The notes beneath the pieces are model-generated. The model ran no database searches. It saw nothing but the letters and a program-made list of their open reading frames with translations, and was not told the DNA's origin. Positions 1 through 12,599 of a stretch of 64,000 nucleotides of DNA are shown here, one piece after another (positions within the stretch are counted from its first letter, which is position 1; the number at the start of each line of letters is the position of its first letter). Made by a program: the position numbers and the translations under genes. The stretch lies in assembly GCA_038496445.1 (NCBI GenBank), contig JALMLS010000204.1:248001-312000 (forward strand), given 5' to 3'. The DNA comes from Trichosphaerium sp. ATCC 40318 (taxonomy: Eukaryota; Protista; Tubulinea).

Positions 1-180
1 TGTGCATCTACAACGACGAACTACTCAGAGTGATACTGGCAGTTAAATCAAAGCAATATTAATGCTGTTATTGTAACAGAAAGCTCGTAATTAATATCAC
101 GTAGAGCGAGCGATTTTACACAAGAAGAAGGTCCTTTTATTGTCTTTTTGGGATCTCATAAATTTCTTACAAGCCTCGCC

Positions 181-3100
181 TTAATCAAAGTTTTTTTTTA
201 TATTAGGAAACTTATCCTTGTTTGCTTTATAATCATCATCTTCACGTACTCTATCACTTATATCTCTTCTTAATTGCTGAAGATATAATGGTGCAATAGC
301 AGAAATATTTTGTGTAATCAGCGTTGAATCAACTTGTGAAACATTCGCACTTGTCATTGCTTTTTTCATTTGTTGCTCTAAATGTTTTTTTCCTCTTTCT
401 TTAATTGGAATAGGATTAGCACTACGCTTACGTCTCTTACTTGGATTTCCTTGATTATAAGCATCAGAGAAAGGTCTCTGTTTCTTAGCATTTCTTTGTC
501 TCTTCAAGTCGCGTTCAATAGAAGGACGCCAAGCATCTGGAAACCCAGCAGTTTGGTCAGTAAGAGGAACAGATTCAACAGGTTCTGTTTGTTGTTGTTG
601 CTGCGTTATTGGCTGGGGTTGTGGTGTAGGTACTGTAGGACTTTGTTGTGGTTGTGTAGGCGGTTGTGTAGGTGATTGTTGCGTTGCAGGTGGTTGTGTA
701 GGTGATTGTTGTGTTGTAGGCAATTGGAAACGCGCAATTGGTGATGCCTGCGAAATATTTTGACGTAATATATAAGCAATAATCTTATTTGCAAATAGAG
801 CTGAATAATCAGGTCCTAGAGTGTTCGAAAAAAGCTAAAAAAACAAAATACAGTTAGTTCATAAACACATGCTACTTGACTAAGATACACATAACGCGAA
901 TATCTGCACAAATACAGCAGCAAGTGTATACCACTAAGTGCTCACAATGAAAGGTTTTTGCAGAAAAATATGAAAGAAAAAAAAAATCAAAATCTGAACT
1001 GAACTTTGGGCGTACCTGTAGTAGTATACTCTTTAGGATTAATGAACATTCTGGAGTACCACCTAAAGTAACACCATCAATATGAACCATTACCCTTTTT
1101 GCAAACACATCTGTCATCATTTGAAGACCAGTAACAAAAGGCAAATGAGTTCCTGGAATCTTATTTGCAAAAAGTATAGCCAAAACACCTTCAAAGTACT
1201 CTCGAAGTGCAGGCTCTATAGCATCCAATACAGACGCCCCAGGCTTGATCTTTGCTATTACTTCCTTTGGTAGTGAATCTATATCAATAGCAGCAAATAG
1301 CTGATTAATAAGTGAGCCAGCATAACTCTTTAATGTAGTTGGACTTATATCTCCCCGCAAGTTTGTTGAAATATGTTTTCGTAGTTTAGGTAGTATTCTG
1401 TTTAATGGAGTCAATATACCAGTTGTCATTATACCAACAAGTTCAGCAAGAGTCAAGCGAGATAAAACAATTTGTACAATACCTAAATACAACTTAGTTC
1501 AAGGCTTGAAAAAAGGGTTGTAAACAGTGCCCTTCAAATTAAAAGAAATTGAAAAGAACTTACCTTCTGTTTCATTAGGACCAACCTGCGGCTGCTCGTG
1601 ATGATGGTGTACTACGTTACTAACTGTTGTCTCATCAAGGGAGTCTTGTAATACACTCATTAGAGACGACAAATGAGGGGTAGGCCCTGATCCAGTATGT
1701 GCTCTACGAGCATTTTGATGAGGCTGAGGAGTTCTCTGAGGAGTTCTTTGAGGGTTTTGTGTATTTCCAGTTGTACCACCTTGCTGTGTATTCACGCCTT
1801 GCATGAATTGTGATGCAAGGGAGTTTAGAACTTGTCCAAGATTTCCAGTTTGTCCCAAAGGAACATTTTGAGTTTGTTGTGTTGTTTGTCCATTTTGTAA
1901 CTGCGTCGTAAGTGTTGAAGTGATTTGAGTGATGGTATTCATCAAATTGTTTGTTCTTTGCTGATTTGTCTGTGCCCCACCTTGTGCTGTGTTTTGAGCT
2001 GTCTGACCAACCATACCAGTTACCTTTAAGACGCATAAGTGAAAATTGTTTACGCGGAAAACCAAAAATTCTAAAAAATTCGTACTTGAGACAAAAGCGC
2101 TGCTATATCAAGCTGTTGTGGACCACCAGTTTGCGGTGCCCCTTGCTGAGGTGTCTGATTACCTGTTGTTGTATTTGGTGTCCCTTGTTGAGTGCCTTGT
2201 GTGTTTGGTTGTTGAGGTGTTCCGTTCACTGTAGTATTTGTTTGCCCGTTTGCGTGGACTTGACGTACAGTGAATACAGGAATGTTCATCCGAATTGGTC
2301 GCTGTTGAGGGTTACCAGGTTGAGCTTGATTATTCGTTGTTCCTTGAGTAGTATTAGGGACGTTACTATTAGCAGTCGGCGTTGTAGTATTGTTTGTCGC
2401 TGTATTATTGACTATAGGCACAGTTGCGTTCAATTGGTTGACAATACGAAATGTCATTGGTTGATTACCGCTCAAACGTTGTGAGAGCGGCCTTAGAACA
2501 TTATTTTGGAATTGATTTAATGCGTTCGCTGCGCGTTGTGCATTTTGTGGGTTACTTAGCATTGATAGAATGTCTGATAGTGCTTTGTTTAGTCTTTCTA
2601 TTAGCGCTGGGGATAAAACAGGTGCCGTTGGTGTAGGTGCTGTAACGAAAGTGTCAGTTTTCATAAAATGTTTTGTTTTGTTGATCAGCTGTTACCCATA
2701 CCTTCTGTCGTTTGGTTTGGCGTCGGTGGTGTTTGTTGTATATATTGTTCTACGTTTGATAATTGCGTAGACAATAGTTCTTCTATGTTCACTTGTGGTT
2801 GTTGAGTTGTTTGTGTATTAGTTCCTTGCTGATTTGGTTGGTTTTGTTGTTGCGTAGTGGTATTCATTAATCCTTGAAGGCCGCCAAGTTGGTTTGTAAA
2901 TTGAGAAATAACGTTACCAACAAGCTACATGTGTTAGAAAACACGGTTTAGGAGCATGATTGAATTCAATCAAAAATTATGACTTTCATGACGTCAGTAG
3001 GTTGTTTTACGTCAATACGACGATTAGCACCCATACATTGATGACGAGGGAACCCAACATACCAAAATCAAGTGTATTTGAAGAAATGGAGCGAGAAAAA

Positions 3101-3671
3101 GGTAAAATGAGTTTGACGTGTTACCTGGTTTATGTTAACGTTCTGTCCAGGAACGTTAGGTATAGTCACTGCTGTTACACTGCCTTGAGGAAAACCAAAC
3201 GTTGAAGCTTCATAAAAATTACTTCGTTGGCTTGTAGGTACGTTGATTTATTAATGGTACCTGGAGGTTGCGCCGGCGGGTTTTGGGGAGAATTTACAGG
3301 AGCATTTGGGCGTTTGCTTACCATGTGAAGTGTTTGGCCATTTTTAATGTCTGTATTGAGTGTTAGGTGTGATATTCGGGCGAATGGGACGTATAAACGC
3401 GTTGCGTACTGTAATCAGATAATTTTGCCTCGTTCTTCAGTACTTTACCCTGAAATATTAAACGTTGGGTGTTCACTTGTACGTTAGACTGTTGAAACAG
3501 TTTTTCTTTCAATTCCGTGACAAGAGCCTCAAATTATTTTAGCTACAGCTTCACAAATACGCGTACATTCGCAGGGAGAACTATAGTATACAATTTATTA
3601 TCTAAAGTCTTAACCTGAATTTGAATATCGTCTCCATCCAATTTGCTTGGCTCAGAGTTGTTTTCAGCCAT
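181..3671 (-). CDS. BAG6: BAG6/Scythe-like large Q/T/P-rich protein with N-terminal ubiquitin-like domain (multi-exon)
   Basis: N-terminal exons read MAENNSEPSKLDGDDIQIQVKTLDNKLYTIVLPAN...QRLIFQGKVLKNEAKLSDY.IKNGQTLHMV (UBL fold). Long Q/T/P low-complexity middle. C-terminal BAG6-like tail WRPSIERD...QRPFSDAYNQGNPSKRRK...RVREDDDYKANKDKFPN (ORF 181..723). Confidence 0.8.
595..722 (-). repeat. Coding tandem repeat (PTQPPTQQ-type units) within the BAG6-like gene
   Basis: Repeated ggttgtgtaggtgattgttg units encode SPTQPPATQQSPTQPPTQPQQSPT. Confidence 0.7.
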
Positions 3672-3927
3672 GTTGTGTTTTACACGAAGGCCTTCAATTC
3701 TAGAACTGAATTGACTGCTTGAAAAATCGTGACGACTAGCTTAGATTTTTCAAAACCTTAGAATTGCAGACAAAGAAGTGACGCTTATCTCGTTCCACAA
3801 ACTTCAAAACATTACTTTCCAATCGTAGAAGCTCATGGTCTTTTTTCTGGACTGCAATCACAACCTACACTGCTATCACGTGATTTACCAGTCATAACTT
3901 TTCTCAAAACTTAAGGTTCTATAGAAC

Positions 3928-4341
3928 ATGAACAGCATCTCCACCTTTATCCTCGTCGCATGTCTAAGCGTTGTATTGTCTCAAGACGTTTTGAAGTTTA
4001 CAGACGTGTCAATAACGATGCAAAACTCCAACGAGTATAACTTCCATTGCAATGACCTTCAAATTGGTACAGGTGGCCCAAAAGACCAAATATTGTTAAT
4101 GAGAGAAGGCGTCTTGTGCGGTACAATTTTGCCAATGCCTTACAAAAAGACTACTCACCTATGGATATGGTATGAAACAGAAAACAAGAACTGTTTTAAC
4201 GGAGGAGATGAAGAAAAGTGCGAATACAAGTTAGGCCAAGGTTCTCCAGCAACAGAAGGTCTGGTACACGGAAGCGTATGTGATAACGATCTATACGCTG
4301 GAGGCGGAAACGCAACTGTATGGCTAAGAAATTCAGAATAA
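3928..4341 (+). CDS. Small intronless secreted Cys-containing protein of unknown function
   Basis: 137-aa ORF with ATG start, signal peptide (MNSISTFILVACLSVVLSQ), several Cys and a clean stop. Confidence 0.7.
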   Translation: MNSISTFILVACLSVVLSQDVLKFTDVSITMQNSNEYNFHCNDLQIGTGGPKDQILLMREGVLCGTILPMPYKKTTHLWIWYETENKNCFNGGDEEKCEYKLGQGSPATEGLVHGSVCDNDLYAGGGNATVWLRNSE

Positions 4342-4501
4342 ACTCAGATATCTTTACAACGAACTAAACTGGTCTTTTTTGTAGCTAACTATTGTTTGGT
4401 TTTTTTTTTTTTTACATTACAAGAATCTTGTATTTAGTTGATTTAAATAAAGAGGTTATTTACAGTATGTACACTTGTAGAGGGAGAGAATATATATGGA
4501 C

Positions 4502-6491
4502 TCAGTGGCGACGAGCTATACCATTAGCTTCAATCTTATGTACAATAGAGTCCTGACAAACAATCTTACACTCCTGGCTTGAATGGTTCGTAGGTAATTG
4601 GTATTGAGAGAACTACGTGGCAAGTCAGTGAAATGAAGAAGCAAAAAAAGAAAAAAAAGGTGAAATAAAAAGATTTTCCGTAAAGTAGTAAAAACATGTC
4701 ATGACAGGCTTACCTTGCCATCAGCAGTAAGAATATAAATACGTGATCCATCACGAGAGAATTCGCATACGCTCTTTTCACCACGACCAAGTTTAACAGA
4801 GGTAAAGGATCGCTCACCACTAAACAGAAAAACAATCAGAACTCCAACAAAGTGAAACGAGCGAAGAAAACAAGCTTCAAGTTGAACCAAAAAAAAAAAA
4901 AGAAAATTACAACGTACGCTGAACCCAACAATGATACGATAGGCACATTAAAGTACGACCCAGAATTCTTCACATGATCATTATCTTCAGCGAGCTTGAA
5001 AACATGAACAGTTCCATTCTCGCTTGATACGCACATAAGAGTAGAATCATGATTGAAAGCGATACATGTTATCTTAGCGCCTAAAAATAAATATGAATAA
5101 AAAACAGTGAACAAAAAATATCTTAAAAAAAGAGATGTTGTCTTGATAAATGGCGTACTTGTGCTTCCGCGTCTGTACGTTAAACGTAAGTCGTCATTTT
5201 CAACAGAATGAACCTTTACAAGCGTGCCCTAACGGAGTGTAAGAAACAACAATTATAACGAAACACAGTATGCGTTATTCTAACCTTCTCTGATGCTGTA
5301 GCGATTAAATATCCATCTCTTGAGAAGACAATGGTCTGTAGAGGAGCTTGATGTGCTTGATGTATCAAACGGCGAACCTATGTGAATCATTACACATTGA
5401 AGAACGCGGCTTTGAAATTTCTTTTTTTTTTGCTTACCTTTAGTTGAACGCAGTCATAAATAATTAAATCGTTATTCGCTGTACCGCCTATATATTAAAA
5501 ACAGTTAATACTTACACCACCATCATGTCATAACTCATGAATTGACATTTACTATTTTTGGAAATATGCAAAAGAAAAGGAACAAAAGTGCTTCCAATGC
5601 ACAAAGAAAATCGGTTAACAAAAAAAATAATTCTACTGGCAGTAAACCGTTATTTTTTTTTGTTACCAGCAGAGGGTTTGTACTAAAGCAATAAGCGCTA
5701 TAACATACCTGGATAGGCCATTAATATGTCACCTTTTGGCGCGTGTGTCAGTGAGCAAAGGCCTTTGGGGTTGGCGTTCCCCAGATCGATTACAGCGAGT
5801 CGAACGAACTGTGGGTGAAGAGCATGAAGGTAAATCTTATCCGTGGTAACGACAGCAAGGCTAAACTATGGTTGGCACAAAAAACACCCAATAATGATTC
5901 ACATGTTCCTACAGGCGCGAGGTACGGCCGTAGTATATGCAATATGCGTCAGTAGGGCGTACCGTTGGGAATTCATCACGACGCGAAGGATTGGTGTAGT
6001 GAACGTTAGAGAGGCTATCTCTTGTCTCCTCCTTTGTGGAGGTCAGTACATAAGCGAGGAGTACGTAAATTACAAAATAACCAAAAATAAGGCGAATAAC
6101 CCGCCAAACTAGAATTCAGCACTATAATGCGTTTTTTAGGTGGGGAGAAGCTTACTTTAGATTCAAAACGCGAAGTTTTCGTCTCGAAGTCTTAGGAGTC
6201 GCGCCATTGCCGACAACCGCAATGAAATTTGATTTGCCTCTTATAGCAACGATTGCGCAGCTTCCAACATCTATTAGACTGGATTAGGATTCCGGAGGAT
6301 CAATATTAACGTTTATGTTGTACCGTGGCTCCCAGACCCACGAAACGGGTCTACCTTGAATATTTCGTAACCATTTTTTGTCCCAACACAGATACGGCTG
6401 CGCAAACGTTAAAAACGTGCTTGTACGCTAAATCGTACTCTGGGGTGAGAAGAGTGTAATTCAGAGGTGATTGAACCTCGTCTATTTCCAT
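4502..6491 (-). CDS. ATG18: ATG18/WIPI-family PROPPIN WD40 autophagy protein (multi-exon)
   Basis: Spliced motifs NPKGLC, HQAPLQTIVFSRDGYLIATASEKGTLVKV, YRRGS (F/LRRG phosphoinositide motif) and AKITCIAFNHDSTLMCVSSENGTVHVFKL. Confidence 0.88.
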
Positions 6492-6831
6492 GTAAAATCA
6501 GTCGTTATCAATCCTTAAAATTGGTGAACTTAACAGCTGTTGGTGCTTGTCAAGCCGTAGCCCTACGTACGGAGATAACAATACAAGTGTGATGACGCAA
6601 TGCTGGTCAGTAACCGAAATATTTCGCTTTTTCAAAGTTAATTAAACTGCATCCCAGCCGCTGCCTTGTACGTTGTAGATACAAGCATTGGGTTCCGTTA
6701 AAGCTGCTGTAGAACACGTTCATAGAAACGAATGACCGATTTTGGTGTGCAAATTATTTTTCAGTTTTTTTGAAGAGCAGACAGGACTTTGTGAAAACTG
6801 AGTTCAAGGTCTTCATCGCCTTCAAAAACGT

Positions 6832-8380
6832 ATGGCTAAATCGGAAGGGCAGAGTATATTGCCCTTTGTTCTTCATGGCATTGGTGGCGGGTACTAATCA
6901 ATAATTGTGACATATACTGACGTTTAAAGCCTTGGTGGTATGACGGGAGCTCTATGCACTTGTCCTGTACGTCTTAAAACATTAAATGCTCTTGCACTTA
7001 CAAAATGCAGTTAGAAGTGGTTAAAACGCGGCTACAGGTACGTGGTGTGCCAAAATGGCATTTTAAGCGTGAAATAGGCAAAAAAACACAAGCAACGACT
7101 TCAAAGGGGTTTCCGCTTTGGCATTGGCACGGCTAGTGCAATTAGGTATCGTATACGTTTTTTGCCGCGATAACGCCTGACTGCTGCAAAGAGAAATAGT
7201 ACGGGAAGAAGGCACTGTCCGCGCGTTGTGGAAGGGTATTGGACCGCAATTGTTTGGCGTAATTCCTGCAAGGCTCGCAAACCAACAAAACTGAGTGTAA
7301 ATGGTTTAATTAACGCTATTTGTAGGACAATACACTTTTGCGTCTATAACAAACTGAAACACTGGCTAACTACTGAGGTTGGATGGGACCCAGAGTTTTC
7401 AGGCGTACACTTCACGTCTGCACTTATAGCTGGTGCGTACTTTATGCGATAAAACAGATCATTTGAGCTCCACCAAAGAAAAAATCCGCTTAACATGCAC
7501 TAGGAGCTACAGTGGTTACTTGTACTTCCCCTATATGGGTTATTAAGACACGATTACAATTACAAAGCAGTGACATGCGACCAGACCAAAGATATAAAAA
7601 TGCTATTGATGCATTAAAGACAATTTACCAAAAGGAAGGTTTTAAAACTCTTTTTAAGGGTATAGGGGCTTCCTACCTTGGTAAGCAACTGCGAATTTTG
7701 AATCACTCAAAAAAGTGACACTTTTTTTTTGGTCTGTTATTAATGAAGAGGAATAGGTCTTTCAGAGACGGTTATTCAGTTCACGTTGTATGAGAAGTTT
7801 AAAGCTGAATTCCAAAAGTATGTTTGTTTTTCCCAAGCTGAGCTCAAAATATGAACTTAGCTTAGTTCTTTGCTTAACAAAATACTTATATCAAATCTCG
7901 TAGGGCTAGAGGCAAAGCTCCTAATGAAAAAATGCACCCAGTACAGTACATAGCGCTCGCCAGTTGTGCAAAGATCTTTGCTAGTATGGCGACGTATCCA
8001 CATGAAGTTATACGCACACGGTTACGTGAGCGTGGTAGTAAATATAAGGGTACAAAAATTTGGTCTTTTTTTCTCTTTCCACAAAATAAAATCTAAACGT
8101 GCTTTGTTTAGGTGTCATTTCTGGTTTGAAGCAAATATATGCTGAAGAAGGAGCACGTGGTCTTTACGGTACAACAATACATCGACAGTTAATGTCTCAA
8201 TTTTTTTCTTTTTGTTCGGTTTTGCTTGACATTTTTTGTGTTTAATTGAACTGTCACTCATACAATGTAGGTGGTATGGGAGCGCATCTTATTCGTGTAG
8301 TACCAAATGCAGCTATTATGTTTCTAACATACGAAATGGTGGTGTCATATGGTACACCTTACTTCCCTCCTGTGCAATAG
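6832..8380 (+). CDS. Mitochondrial carrier, Rim2/SLC25A33/36 pyrimidine-nucleotide-carrier-like (multi-exon)
   Basis: Three carrier repeats with Px[DE]xx[KR]xR-type motifs: TCPLEVVKTRLQ, TSPIWVIKTRLQLQ, TYPHEVIRTRLRE. Also GVIPARTIHF and GLSETVIQFTLYE, typical of Rim2/SLC25A33. Confidence 0.9.
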
Positions 8381-8986
8381 GACCGTTTCCGCGTACACAA
8401 AAAAAAAAAATAGTTGGCAACAATGTAAAGATGGTTTGTTCTTTTTTGGCGATACAACCCTCTCTTTTTTATAGCGTGGAATATAATTTTTTCTTCACGC
8501 ACGAGGGGTTTTTGCGTTTTAATCAAAGAGGTATTCATTTAACAAAACGCCAATGAAGCTCCGAAAAAAAAAACAATTGCAAAAAAAAAAAAAAAAAAAA
8601 AGATGCAGCTGGCTGGTTGTTATTACTGATATATTTCATCTACTCGGCATTTTCTCTCATATAAAAACAATTTAAAATTCACAGAAGAGGGCTATTTACA
8701 ATCTACAAAAAGGACAGACAAAAACGCCAACTACAAACCGAACAAACAACAAACCAAAAGAAAAAAAAAACCCAACATGAAAAAAAAAAAACCTTGAAAT
8801 AAAATAACTACAGAGTTTATTTATTATTATCCAATGTATACCCACTTATAGTATTCAAGCACATGATAAATGGTGTTTTTTTATACAAGAAAAAGTGTGC
8901 AAAGAGAAGAAAAAATCGCGATCCAAAGAAAAAACAAGTTCTGACTTTGTTGCTTTTTTTTTGGCTGCTTTGTGGGGTAGAGTCGT

Positions 8987-10432
8987 TTAGCGAGCGGCAA
9001 AACTGCGCATGGGTTGCTCACTGAAAGGAACAATGGGAATGGTACGCGGGTTGAAGTGTTCATCAATGAAATCAAAAGTGTTCAATTGTACTGGCAGCTG
9101 AGGCATTTTACCCTTACCAGGAGGTTGTAGGTCGTCTAGCCTTTACGAAAAAGTGAGTTGAGGGTTGATTTGATTGACATTTAATGCCCTTACCCGCGTA
9201 GCAGAAAGTAAACATTATCACGAAACTGAACCATTAAATCAATATTGTCAATATACTGTCCTTGAGCAAGATTTTTTTTCATAGAGCTCATCAACTACGC
9301 GCCACTGTAAGAAAAAAAAAAAAATAGACGATTTCGTCAGAAAGAAAAAAAAGCTCCAAAAGCTCTGTTCTACGTACCTTTATATTATCTTCAATCAAAC
9401 GTTGTGTTCTTGGGTCCAAGTCAGGTATATTTTGGTGTGGTGGTACTACTGGTGGTTGTAAATGTGCAGGAGGTGCAGAGTGAGGCATTTGTGGCTTTGT
9501 TTCACGTGTATTTGGAGGGTAAGTCTCGCTCATAGGGAAAGCGGGCGTATAATTTGTTATAGGTGCATTTTTTGGCTTTGTTTGAGGTGATGTTTCCTTC
9601 TTGACCTATAAAGAGTATCATATTAACAACAAGTCCGAACAAAAATCAAATAAAGGAAAGTAAGAAAGAACCAAAAACAAGAAAAAAATTAAATCAAAAA
9701 ACTAGTTTAAATGCGTTTTTGAGTTTTAGGTAAATACTCTTACCTTTTTTGATTTTGCAATAGCTGCTGCTTTTTGCCTTGATGATTTACGTTTTCTTGT
9801 CTGTTTTGGTGGGTGCTAGTACGAATGATGAGTATTTACGGAAGGTACTCGTGAGTAGTTTTTGTACTTGTTTTGGTTGGTAGCTCGTCTTGTGTATAAG
9901 ATTGCGTGTTGCAGTTGGTGGTGGTGGCGTAATATTCATTGTGTCGCCGTGATGGCTGCCAGAGTTTCGTAAAGTGTCTTCTTCCATTGAGTCGTGGCTG
10001 CTTGTTAAACACATAGAACTACTCTGCATCAAGTCCCCTGTCGTTTGGGCACTGTGACGAACTAATGCGTTCGTAACAGGTACAGGCAAATGCTCTGGAG
10101 GCCAGCCCATGCCTAGAAGATGTAAACAACGATTTTGCGAGAAATCAAAACACAGCGTTTTAACATACTAATATCACCCATGTCGCCTAAAGTGTCTCCA
10201 GTGTCCATCCAGTTCTACTAGGTGTCAATATTAACCGGTAAAAGAGCGGTTGCGTAAAAGGCAAAAAAGTAGTGTAGGAGTATGTAAAATGTTTATACTT
10301 AAACGTACACCGTTTATTTCCATGGGAGGTTTCGTATCCATAGCGCTGCGATGTGTAAGAAAAAAAAAAAACAAGTTGGCCTTTTTGTTATTTTACTTAC
10401 CTGGGAGCATTAAAACCATCACCTTCTTTCAT
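8987..10432 (-). CDS. Low-complexity protein with C-terminal DUF3755-like helical motif (multi-exon)
   Basis: C-terminal exons read LIEDNIK..NLAQGQYIDNIDLMVQFRDNVYFLLRGLDDL...KMPQLPVQLN, resembling the plant DUF3755 motif (NINLF..RDNI..IL..MPPLPV.LN). The start codon is tentative. Confidence 0.55.
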
Positions 10433-11081
10433 TATATCGCCCTACACGGTGTAAGCGAAATACTTTGTGCAGGAACAAAAAACCAAACAAACAACTCAAA
10501 CGCACCGAGCCGTCAGTAGTAAGGTTCCAGAAATCTTCATTGTGGCTACTAAAGAACGAAGACATACGGTGCAGTGTACAAGTGATGTGTTTTTTTTTTC
10601 TGTTTTGAGTTATGTTGTAAAAAGTGAAAATCTTTTTTGGAGGCCTAGTTTATCTTAGGCTACGTAGGAGATAAACATACGAAAAGATACGTATTTTGAA
10701 TTCTCTTTGATCGTGTAATGTGTCTTGCAAACTGTTTTTTTTTGTTTTTCTACGCTTCTTTTTTTTTATTATGTAGCAAGTGAGGCGGTTTTACAGGAAT
10801 TCTTTTGTGTATTAAGTATAACAAACAAATTTCAGTAATGATTCGTTTTTTTTTTTTCGAAATCGAAAAAACCAGTTTACAAACTCGCTAGTTATCTCTT
10901 CTTGCACCTCTAAAATACAGCTATACATGTCGTAATGAGCACGGAGAAATATTGAGCCGTTCTAAAAACCTCTGTGTGTACAGTACGATTTTTGTGGTTT
11001 TTTTGTTTATTCTTGTCCAGGGGTATGAGAACGTACTGTGGCTGTTTCATTCGGATTTAAAGTATCTAAAAACAGTAAATA

Positions 11082-11641
11082 TCAAAATGGAAAAACTAGT
11101 AAGAGTGTACGTTTAACTTGCCAATGATGAGCGCAATTGGTACATACTAGGTACAAAGTGACGCCACTAGAACCTTGGAGAATGTTAGTACAAGTACAGT
11201 TGCACAATGTATTACATTACCTTGTATTGGGTAAAAAACAGCTTCGTTTTGGCCACAACTTGCACATGGATCTCTACGTGATCTAGCAAGTGTAGGGTCT
11301 GATGCAATTGCGCCCCAAGCCACCATGCTCTTCCTGGGTTATTGTTAGATGCCTTTGGGTTGATTAAAGTAACTGTACTTGGACTCAGTTTCTTCTTTTA
11401 CGGTGGTTCTGTAAACGACATTTGTTTCTGCGTCCTGTGTATAATTTTCGCCGCATGCATCAATATTTCGACACCTGAGTCATGTTAGAGCTTAATCAAC
11501 GCAAATTGCTGGCGTAGTACCATAAAACCAAGCGTCTATTTTCTTTATCTTCTCTGGGGTAGAGAATATCATTACTAAGGCAACCTGTAAGTAAAAAGTA
11601 TAATTTCACGGAGCGTACCATTCTAAACAAAATTGCATCAT
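11082..11641 (-). CDS. RPB9: RNA polymerase II subunit RPB9 (multi-exon)
   Basis: [22 protein letters not shown]..CRN and a second zinc ribbon DPTLARS..CASCGQNEAVFY...LYLVCTNCAHHW. The 3' end is ambiguous: the stop is at 11082, or at 11007 if a last intron is spliced. Confidence 0.9.
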
Positions 11642-11758
11642 CTTGTATGAATTGGCAAGGAGCTGTTGTCAACCGCGTTTGTTTTTTCAATAATGCTTTT
11701 GACTAGTTGTTAACTTTTCGAAGCTTCAAAGCTAGTAAACACATAATACCAAGCTATA

Positions 11759-12290
11759 ATGTTGCGTGTAGTAGCTAGAAGTCGAACGGTGCGCCGTTGC
11801 GCAGTTAAAAGACGTGTTATAAGCAAACCCAAATTTTATTGCTCTAGTACGCCTGATAATGGTATATACTTCTTAACATACGTATAGCCGTGGAGAAAGT
11901 GCCTGAAGAAAACACAGCGTGGAAACCACCTCCAAACGTACCGTATGAGGAGCTAGTAGCAGAAAAACAGACTATTTTGGGCAAATTTAAACCTGCAGAC
12001 ATTGCCGCAATACAAGTAATGATTAACGTGTATAAAGTGGTAAATAACTATCTCTAGGCGACTGAGTTTGCTCTAGCTGAAGGTAGATTACGTACGCCTT
12101 TACATGAGTTTGTTTATACGTATTTCTCGCTAACTCGCTCTCCCAAGACTACAAAGAAGGAGAAGATGAGATCAAACAAATTGTTGGACCAACATGGAAG
12201 AAGTATGTTGGCAAGGTTCAAAGCGAGCAACTGGAAGCCCTCGAAATACATCAAAAGAACGCTCGTCGCTACGGTTACCACGATTGCTAA
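11759..12290 (+). CDS. Small putative mitochondrial protein of unknown function (multi-exon)
   Basis: Arg-rich, acid-free presequence-like N-terminus (MLRVVARSRTVRRCAVKRRVISKPKFYCSS). Short GT-AG introns join exons ending ...EIHQKNARRYGYHDC*. Confidence 0.55.
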
Positions 12291-12599
12291 AACAACAGAG
12301 CTGCTGACTGTAAAACTCGAATATTTTGGCTCTCAATTGTATCAATACTTTTTTACACTAACCGCGCTTGGTCTACTACAAGACTCATAATCACGTGTTG
12401 TGTGGCATACAGATGTCGCGCAAGCAAGCATCTAACTTACCAATGTGTCAACTTTTTTTTCACCTCAATAAATTAATATGTGCGGTTGCAAATGGCGTTT
12501 TGTTCGTGTGACAATAAATGGTCGAGTTCAATAAAATGAAGAAGGAGCGAAATGACATTTTTTGACCTTTAGAATTCAAATAATTTGTCGGTTAGGCAT

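Noticed and set aside
10394-10405. TACTTACCTGG resembling the U1 snRNA 5' end
   Set aside because: It is the reverse complement of a consensus CAG|GTAAGTA splice donor of the minus-strand gene, and no U1 body follows.
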